Origin: an uncultured Candidatus Izemoplasmatales bacterium
GTDB taxonomy: Bacteria; Bacillota_I; Bacilli_A; Izemoplasmatales; Hujiaoplasmataceae
Length of the DNA stretch: 64,000 bases
Direction of reading: 5' to 3'
NCBI GenBank assembly: GCA_964557695.1
Contig: CAZLAQ010000009.1
Span: 58-64,057, forward strand
Each line of letters starts with the position of its first letter. Within the stretch, counting starts at the first letter, position 1. The position numbers and the translations under genes are program-made. Shown one piece after another: positions 57,457 to 64,000 of this stretch. Under the pieces are notes generated by a model, which saw only the letters and a list, made by a program, of their open reading frames with translations, was not told where the DNA came from and did not search any database.

Positions 57457-59523
57457 TTATTCCTGATCGAACTCAGTTTTTGCGACAAATGCAAAATCTG
57501 AAGACATGTCATATTGTTGAATTTGCGAATAAGAAACCGTGTAAATCATGTTTTCGATCATTACTGTCCGTTCAATCGAATCATAGTAGTAATAGTAATA
57601 TTCATCTTGTGGATCCTGTAAATGTGAAAGTTTGGTCAGATATTGTAAGTCTCCAGAGTAGAACACCTTGAAAACATATACACTTTGTAGTGAACGGTAA
57701 TATACTTGATGGTACTCGTAGACCGGGATTGCGACATACATAAAATCCTCGCCTTCCGGTTCATAGCTAACGAAAGCCTTGTGATCATATGTGACCGGAG
57801 AATAACTGTACTCACCTTCAACAAGATAGGTTTCAAGTCCAATCGGATCATTTCCCGATATGTCGTATAATGAAACTTTAACTCCTGTGAAATAAGTAAA
57901 ACCCCACTCAGACACGGCAGCCTGACGACCGACGCCTAGCATCAGGTTGTCTCCGATTTCATGCAGGTAATCCGAAACTCCTTCTTCATACAATTCGCCG
58001 ATAATTTCTGGATTTTCCGGATCGGATAAATCAAGTTTGTATAATGGATCGGTATTGACAAATGTCACAACATAGCCATAGTCCCCGCTGAAACGGACAG
58101 CAAAGATTCTTTCGTTTGGTTTTCCTAGATCGTCAATTTCAGAAACCGGTTCGATTATGCCATCACTTGTTGCATCAAAGATCGTGACTTTGTTGACAAT
58201 TTTCCAAGTTGTTTCAATAGTGGACCAACTCCCGGTAAACGTTCCTTCTGACACATCAGATGAATTGGGAACTGTCGTAGCGGGCGCTGTAGTCGTCACT
58301 GGAACAGTCGTTACAGGAACGGTAGTTGTTGGAACTTCATCCGAGCCGACTGTATCGTCGGGTGAAGACGGGTCATACTCGATCCAACGAGTTACTTGTG
58401 TATATTCATATCCCGTTGTGGCAATCCGGAAGTAACCGTCATACTCGTCCATCGAGAACTGGTTGAGTGGAGATCCATCAACGGAACCGACTGCTTTGTA
58501 CACCAATTTATGATCCTCGATTGCATAGCGAATAATCATTGTTTGATAATTGTAGAAAAACGTTGCTTCGTCGTACCAATACCTGTATACGATTGTGTAT
58601 AGATTGTTTTGACTCATAAATATCTGATAAGAACTGCCGAGATATGCATTCACATCTGCAGCCTCGTCACTTGATATCTCAAATGAAACAAGCATTAGAA
58701 AGCCGAATGACGAAAAATCATTTGGCATGTAATAGATATTTCTAGCAGGAAGTTTGATGATTTCATCAGAAACAGTACTGTCAAAATATTCAGGAATATA
58801 GTCATCATCAGTATATCCGTAATTTGCCGCATAGTTGTTCATGACAAGATAACAATATCCGTCAATCATTCTGCTTTCAGTAAGGGAACTGCCTTCAAAA
58901 TACAATTCTTTTGCGATTGCGATATCGGCTTTGTCAGTAATATCCAAAACCGTTACCCTAGTGCCAAAAGTATATCTTACATAATAAAAGTCATATACTC
59001 CTGTACCGGTTTTATCCACGCTTTGCTCATAATGATATTCATTTGTAAGCAATACGATAAAGTTTTCATACTTGTACATTCCGTATGTATATCCATAATA
59101 TGTATTATCACTATCATAAGTAAACGTGTCGGAAATCGACAAGTCGTCTGCATTTACAATTACGAATTGGTTATTGGAAAGCACATAAATATAGAACCCG
59201 TCGGTAAGGATTCTGTCCGCCTCGTACACGCCATCTACCTGATTGTTTGTTTCAGAATGGGACTTGTCTTCGCCGGTGCCTTGGGTTGATGCGGCAGCGG
59301 TTGTCGTAATCGCTGCTCCAGCCTCGGCATCCATATAGTAATCATTGCGATAAACGTAGGTATCATCATAGAAAGTATCCAGGTATTCTTTCAACTGCGA
59401 ATAATTTTGAAAATTGCCGACATCTTCGATTTCTTTATAGTCAAGCGGAGTATATGATTCATTACAGCTTGCCAGAGCAAAAAGTGCCAATAGCATGAAG
59501 ATGCTTATTAATATTTTTTTCAT
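57457..59523 (-). CDS. Beta-propeller domain lipoprotein (PF09826 / COG4880 family)
   Basis: Lipobox LALAS|C. Family motifs ETNNQVDGVYEADRILTDGFYIYVL, SPLNQFSMDEYDGYFRIATTG, ERIFAVRFSGDYGYVVTFVNTDPLYKLDLSDPENPEIIGEL..SDYLH, GVKVSLYDIS and YDHKAF. Confidence 0.85.
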   Translation of the reverse strand: MKKILISIFMLLALFALASCNESYTPLDYKEIEDVGNFQNYSQLKEYLDTFYDDTYVYRNDYYMDAEAGAAITTTAAASTQGTGEDKSHSETNNQVDGVYEADRILTDGFYIYVLSNNQFVIVNADDLSISDTFTYDSDNTYYGYTYGMYKYENFIVLLTNEYHYEQSVDKTGTGVYDFYYVRYTFGTRVTVLDITDKADIAIAKELYFEGSSLTESRMIDGYCYLVMNNYAANYGYTDDDYIPEYFDSTVSDEIIKLPARNIYYMPNDFSSFGFLMLVSFEISSDEAADVNAYLGSSYQIFMSQNNLYTIVYRYWYDEATFFYNYQTMIIRYAIEDHKLVYKAVGSVDGSPLNQFSMDEYDGYFRIATTGYEYTQVTRWIEYDPSSPDDTVGSDEVPTTTVPVTTVPVTTTAPATTVPNSSDVSEGTFTGSWSTIETTWKIVNKVTIFDATSDGIIEPVSEIDDLGKPNERIFAVRFSGDYGYVVTFVNTDPLYKLDLSDPENPEIIGELYEEGVSDYLHEIGDNLMLGVGRQAAVSEWGFTYFTGVKVSLYDISGNDPIGLETYLVEGEYSYSPVTYDHKAFVSYEPEGEDFMYVAIPVYEYHQVYYRSLQSVYVFKVFYSGDLQYLTKLSHLQDPQDEYYYYYYDSIERTVMIENMIYTVSYSQIQQYDMSSDFAFVAKTEFDQE

Positions 59524-59590
59524 AGGTTTCCCTCCTTGCGTTTCACCAATATAAACAAAGAAGATTGGTTGTTTGTTGGAAAAATATTAT

Positions 59591-61348
59591 TTATTCCGTC
59601 AATTCCAAGAAAAGATCGATGTCTTGTTTCAAAAGTTCGAGAGATCCTTGCCAAAAATCTTTTTTTGTCACATCGATTCCCGCGATCATTGCAGCATCTT
59701 CGACCATGTTTTTACCTGTAGCGGATAATAACAGATCATACATTTTCACAAAACCTGACTTGTCAGTCAAATATTTGGAATAGAGGCCTTTCGCAAACAA
59801 GAGGCCAAATGCATATGGGAAGTTGTAATAGCTGAGTTCTCCGGAATAATAATGCGGTTTGCATAACCACATATATGGATGGAGCAAGTTTTGGTCGAGT
59901 CCGTCGCCATATGTTTGTTTTTGCGCAGACAGTATCAAGTCCTTGAGTTCTTCTTCATCAAAAATAGTAGTTTGTCTACCTTCGAACACGCTCTTCTCAA
60001 AGATGAAACGGCTCATGATGTCAACGATGACTTGGGTATAATCCTGCAGGGATGATTCCAAAAGATAGATTTTCTCGTCTTTGGAAGTCGCATCTTTCAA
60101 AGCGGCTTTGTTGACAATGGTTTCACAAAATGTCGAAGCAGTCTCCGCAACCGGCATTGTATATGAAGAATTAAGGATGGATTCAGTGAAAATCGCTTCA
60201 CCATGATAGGCATGACCTAATTCATGGGCAATCGTGATAACATCACCGAAAACACCGGTGAAATTTGTGAGGACTCTGCTTTCCTTAATGGGATGAATAT
60301 TGGAGCAGAAAGCTCCGCCAACCTTGCCTTTTTTCGGAACAAAGTCAATCCAGTTTTCTTTGAAAGCCCTGTCCGCCATTTCAAAAAGACGCTTGTTGAA
60401 AGTCGCAAAGTTTTTGCGGATATAATCAGCGGCTTCCGGGATCGTGAAAGTTTTGTTGATGTTGCCTATTGGTGCAAACAAATCGTAAAAAGGTAGTCCT
60501 TCGGAGTAACCGAGCAATTTAGCTTTCCGTTGGAGGTATTTCCGGAATATGGGTAGATATTCCGTCATGGTATCCATCATGGCATCAAGTGTTGTTTTTT
60601 TCATCCGGCTTTTGAATAGTGTTTCTTCTAGTGGTGAATTATATCCTCTTGCCTCAGAAAGCGTGTTGACTTCGCCTTTGATGGCATTGATTGAAAATGC
60701 GATTGCTTTGTCTATTTTCTTATATGCCTCTAACTCAGCGTAATATGCTTTTTTTCTGACATCTTTGTCTTTTTCGTACGCCAAGTTTCTGACTTCTGAT
60801 AGTGTGATTTCTTTTCCTTCGTAATCGACTGCTACCGTCGAGGTCAATAGTCCCTGTAATCTTCCCCAGGCGCTTGATCCTGATTGTTTCAATTTCCCGA
60901 TCAGATTCTCGGTCTGGTCATCAAGCATGTGTTCGGCTTGGGCTTTGAGTTCGTTCAAATAAAACGAATGTTCAGACAGTTTAGGATTTGCAGCAATTAT
61001 CTTATCAAGTCCGGGAACGTCACGCAACCATTTTTTAAACTGCGTGTCAACAATCGTCAATTCGTTAATCTTGACTCGAAGCGTGTTCAGATATTTTACC
61101 GCCTGTTGATTTGTCGATTCTGTGGCTTCACGCAAGCCCGAATATTGGAATAGTTTGTCAGCATAAAAGTTGAGATCGGCACTTGCTAAAAGGTATTGTT
61201 CAAGTATCTTTTCCGCATTGAGGTACCCTGAGAATTCTTTCCCCAGCAACTTTGCCTGATCGACTAATTCAAATAGTGTTTTTAAATCTTGTGAAAAATG
61301 TTCGTCTTCAAAACTTGTGTATAGCTTGTCTAGATTCCATGTGTTCAT
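59591..61348 (-). CDS. pepF: M3B family oligoendopeptidase F
   Basis: Zinc motif HELGHAYH. 585 aa, no signal peptide. Confidence 0.88.
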   Translation of the reverse strand: MNTWNLDKLYTSFEDEHFSQDLKTLFELVDQAKLLGKEFSGYLNAEKILEQYLLASADLNFYADKLFQYSGLREATESTNQQAVKYLNTLRVKINELTIVDTQFKKWLRDVPGLDKIIAANPKLSEHSFYLNELKAQAEHMLDDQTENLIGKLKQSGSSAWGRLQGLLTSTVAVDYEGKEITLSEVRNLAYEKDKDVRKKAYYAELEAYKKIDKAIAFSINAIKGEVNTLSEARGYNSPLEETLFKSRMKKTTLDAMMDTMTEYLPIFRKYLQRKAKLLGYSEGLPFYDLFAPIGNINKTFTIPEAADYIRKNFATFNKRLFEMADRAFKENWIDFVPKKGKVGGAFCSNIHPIKESRVLTNFTGVFGDVITIAHELGHAYHGEAIFTESILNSSYTMPVAETASTFCETIVNKAALKDATSKDEKIYLLESSLQDYTQVIVDIMSRFIFEKSVFEGRQTTIFDEEELKDLILSAQKQTYGDGLDQNLLHPYMWLCKPHYYSGELSYYNFPYAFGLLFAKGLYSKYLTDKSGFVKMYDLLLSATGKNMVEDAAMIAGIDVTKKDFWQGSLELLKQDIDLFLELTE

Positions 61349-61884
61349 AAGTTCTCCTCCTTGAAATTATAATTTTCTTTTCTTATTTCATAAAAATATG
61401 ATCTTTTTTCTTGATTGGTAATAGTTTTGTAGTCGTCTTCTTTGAGATAGTTGAATCCGCATTTATCGATAACTCTTTTCGATTTCAGATTGCCGATAAA
61501 ATGGGTTACCTTAATCAATTTTATGTCGGTTTCTTCAAAAATGTATTTTATCGCTCTTTTACAGGCTTCGGTCATCAAACCTATGCCTTCATAAGGCGTG
61601 GAAAGCACGTAACCAAGGGATTTTACCTTATTTCCCTCTGTATCCTGAAAATCATGCATTCCGACCGAACCGATTACTTTTCCGTTTGCTTTGAGAACCA
61701 ATGCCCAAGTATCGTCAACGGCAATGAATTTATTGAGGATTTCCTTGCTTTCTTCAAGACTCTCATGTGGTTTCCAACCAGCATATGGTCCGACCGTTTC
61801 AAGTTTAGCATATTCATACAAGTCGTGCAAATCTGATAATTGCCAACTTCTCATAATCAGTCTTCCAGTATACAATGTTTTCAT
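61345..61884 (-). CDS. GNAT family N-acetyltransferase (RimJ/RimL-like)
   Basis: GRLIMRSW...GYVLSTPYEGIGLMTEA pattern. 4-nt overlaps with both neighbouring genes. Confidence 0.8.
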   Translation of the reverse strand: MKTLYTGRLIMRSWQLSDLHDLYEYAKLETVGPYAGWKPHESLEESKEILNKFIAVDDTWALVLKANGKVIGSVGMHDFQDTEGNKVKSLGYVLSTPYEGIGLMTEACKRAIKYIFEETDIKLIKVTHFIGNLKSKRVIDKCGFNYLKEDDYKTITNQEKRSYFYEIRKENYNFKEENL

Positions 61885-63107
61885 TTAAGTGCCTCAGCGA
61901 CTGTAAGACCCAATGATTGAAGATCCCTGTGGACAAAAGCATCGATTTCTAGTGTTTTTGTTTGACTGACTATTTCCTCGATCAAATTCTTGAAAGCGAA
62001 CTTGAACTCGTATTTTTCTGCGAAGAATACTTCGGGTCTGATGGACGGACTCTTGGGAACATATACACTGCAACAGTCCGAAAAAGGACGGTTGGAAATA
62101 TCAAGTGTCTTGATTTTTCTGGCCAGAGTCATTATTTCCAGTTTGTCATAACTCGCAAGTGGCCTGATGATCAAATCGTCAGTGACTTGTTGGATGGTCG
62201 CCATGCTTTCCAACGTTTGGGAAGCAACCTGACCGATTGAGTCACCGGTGACGATCGCCAAAGCTTTTGCTTTTGTTTTGATCTCAGAAGCGATTCTTAG
62301 CATCATTCTGCGCATGATCGTGATTAGATATGATTCAGGAATATGTTGGATGATTGCCTCATGCAGCTGGAAAAAAGGCACAAGATGGAGTTTGATTTTG
62401 TTTGATGGGGCGTATCGGGCCAACACTTCGGTCAAATCAATGACTTTTTGCACGGATTCGATTGAAGTCATCGGTGTCGATTCAAAATGGACGCATTCGA
62501 TCTGCAAACCTTTTTTCATCGCCAGAAAAGCTGCGACCGGCGAATCGATACCTCCACTCAGAAGGACGATGACTTTGCCTCCAATCGATACGGGAAATCC
62601 GCCCGTCCCCATAATCTGGTTTAGATAAATGTAGGCTCCGTCGGTGCGGACCTCGACATCTAGCGTCAGTTCGGGATTATGGACATCGACTTTGAGATTT
62701 TCCATTTGCACCAAGATTTTTTTGGAAACCAATTTCGATATTTCCATTGAAGTTAATTCGATACTCTTGTCTGCGCGCTTGGTTTCAACTTTGAATGTGG
62801 TCAATTTGTTGTTTGTTGCCTCGCGGATCATCAAAACCGCAATCCTGGAGATTTCGTCATAATCGATTTCGCATTTCGATACCAGACTATACGAATACAA
62901 CCCTGTAACATATTGCAGTTTTTCGATTACTTCCTGATGACTGGCATCATTCAAAATAACATAGCATCTATCATGCCTGAAATCGTATTCTACAGGTAAT
63001 CCTGATAACTTCTCTTTGATCAACTTATTGATAAGTTGAGTGAAATACTTTTTATTCTTGCCTTTCAAAACAAGGTCCCCGTAACGGACCAGGATCAATT
63101 CATTCAT
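61881..63107 (-). CDS. thiI: tRNA 4-thiouridine(8) synthase ThiI
   Basis: THUMP domain plus the PP-loop LLSGGIDSPVAAFL. Confidence 0.93.
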   Translation of the reverse strand: MNELILVRYGDLVLKGKNKKYFTQLINKLIKEKLSGLPVEYDFRHDRCYVILNDASHQEVIEKLQYVTGLYSYSLVSKCEIDYDEISRIAVLMIREATNNKLTTFKVETKRADKSIELTSMEISKLVSKKILVQMENLKVDVHNPELTLDVEVRTDGAYIYLNQIMGTGGFPVSIGGKVIVLLSGGIDSPVAAFLAMKKGLQIECVHFESTPMTSIESVQKVIDLTEVLARYAPSNKIKLHLVPFFQLHEAIIQHIPESYLITIMRRMMLRIASEIKTKAKALAIVTGDSIGQVASQTLESMATIQQVTDDLIIRPLASYDKLEIMTLARKIKTLDISNRPFSDCCSVYVPKSPSIRPEVFFAEKYEFKFAFKNLIEEIVSQTKTLEIDAFVHRDLQSLGLTVAEALK

Positions 63108-63149
63108 GTTTTTACCTCGTTTCGGTTCACTTCTATTTTATCATATATC

Positions 63150-63178
63150 TTGTTAATTTTGCGCAGATAATTTATAAT
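63150..63178 (+). promoter_or_regulatory. Putative promoter of the GAF-domain gene (TTGTTA-17-TATAAT)
   Basis: Hexamers at 63150-63155 and 63173-63178. The track ORF start at 63177 lies inside the -10. Confidence 0.5.
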
Positions 63179-63194
63179 GGGGCGGGTGATTGAT

Positions 63195-63674
63195 ATGTAT
63201 GATATAGAACCAGACAAGCTGTCTCAAGCTGATAAAGAATCATTGTTTATGGAAACGTTACAAGGTTATTTGGCTAAAAAACTTAACCTTGTGACAAACC
63301 TCGCCAACATGTCAGCAGTAATCCATGTTTTTTTTCCCGACTTGAATTGGGTCGGATTTTATCTATATGAAAACAAGAGCCTCTATCTCGGACCTTTTCA
63401 GGGCAAGCCTGCCTGCACTTCAATCCAAATCGGAAAAGGAGTGTGTGGCACCTGTGCAAAAACGGAAATCGCGCTCCTTGTTCCAGATACTTCCAAATTT
63501 CCTGGACATATCGTATGCGACGTGGCTTCAAAATCGGAATTGGTGGTGCCAATTGTCCATAATTCGCGCTTTGTGGGCGTTTTGGATCTGGACAGTCCCG
63601 AGCTTGACCACTTTCAAAAAACCGATCTGGACCTGTTCACGAAAGCCGTGAATCTTTTGGTTGACATTTTATAG
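63195..63674 (+). CDS. GAF domain protein (free methionine-R-sulfoxide reductase / YtsP-like)
   Basis: Motifs NWVGFYL, FQGKPACTSIQIGKGVCG and LDLDS. ATG at 63195 after GGGTGAT. Confidence 0.8.
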   Translation: MYDIEPDKLSQADKESLFMETLQGYLAKKLNLVTNLANMSAVIHVFFPDLNWVGFYLYENKSLYLGPFQGKPACTSIQIGKGVCGTCAKTEIALLVPDTSKFPGHIVCDVASKSELVVPIVHNSRFVGVLDLDSPELDHFQKTDLDLFTKAVNLLVDIL

Positions 63675-63689
63675 TCTTTCCGCTATAAT
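63661..63689 (+). promoter_or_regulatory. Consensus sigma-A promoter (TTGACA-17-TATAAT) for rpsD, with a ~170-nt leader
   Basis: Hexamers at 63661-63666 and 63684-63689. The leader contains a long-range complement, AAGCAGTT (about 63710) with AACTGCTT (about 63773). Confidence 0.7.
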
Positions 63690-63866
63690 ACTACTTGCGC
63701 ATGTAATAAAAAGCAGTTGTTCTTAAAATGTTTTATTGTGTGATTGTTCCTCATTTGGTTTGGAAGTACTGTGAACTGCTTCACATGAAACCATCAAAAC
63801 AATCCGGATATCCAGTTTATGAACTCCTCAACCGTTACGCGTAATCAAATAAAAGGAGGATAATAT

Positions 63867-64000
63867 ATGTCAAGATTTACAGGATCGCAATGGAAAGTAT
63901 CACGTCGTTTGGGTTACTCGATCACTGAAACCGGAAAAGAACTCAACAAGCGTCCTTACGCACCGGGTCAACATGGTCAAAGACGTTCAAAAGTTTCTGA
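63867..64000 (+). CDS. rpsD: 30S ribosomal protein S4 (5' partial; runs off the window)
   Basis: My translation gives [56 protein letters not shown]. Confidence 0.93.
   Translation, partial: MSRFTGSQWKVSRRLGYSITETGKELNKRPYAPGQHGQRRSKVS

Overview
AT-rich, Bacillota-type core chromosomal segment that uses the standard genetic code: RF2 is present and TGA acts as a stop. Nearly all genes are on the minus strand with tight spacing. Readable content, left to right: a cytoplasmic GH13 alpha-glucan enzyme; an ECF S-component; ung; phosphoglucomutase; nitroreductase; a PfkB kinase; a GDPD phosphodiesterase; an FMN-riboswitch-controlled ribU plus a CxxC lipoprotein; a glgB-glgC-glgD/A-glgP glycogen operon in which GlgD and GlgA are one reading frame; recX; a YitT-family gene; the conserved comFA-comFC(short)-hpf-secA-prfB block; T-box-controlled leuS; a radical SAM gene; an operon of a degenerate HD-GYP membrane protein, metK and a LemA-like gene; priA-fmt; RNase J; a GPH sugar symporter; a DEDDh exonuclease; uvrC; the rimP-nusA-ylxR-ylxQ-infB-rbfA operon; a small GNAT; a TrmH methyltransferase; pepF; a second GNAT; thiI; a GAF protein; and the 5' end of rpsD. 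The only accessory-looking segment is 51.4-59.5 kb. It holds a monocistronic 1,925-aa, very acidic, Thr-stalked lipoprotein built from three divergent ~500-600-aa paralogous modules with no domain I recognise. Next to it, in the same orientation, lies a PF09826/COG4880 beta-propeller lipoprotein. This pair is my best candidate for something undescribed, but I cannot assign a function from sequence alone. I saw no tRNA or rRNA genes, CRISPR array, transposase, integrase or phage genes. All family calls come from motif reading by eye; no database search was run.
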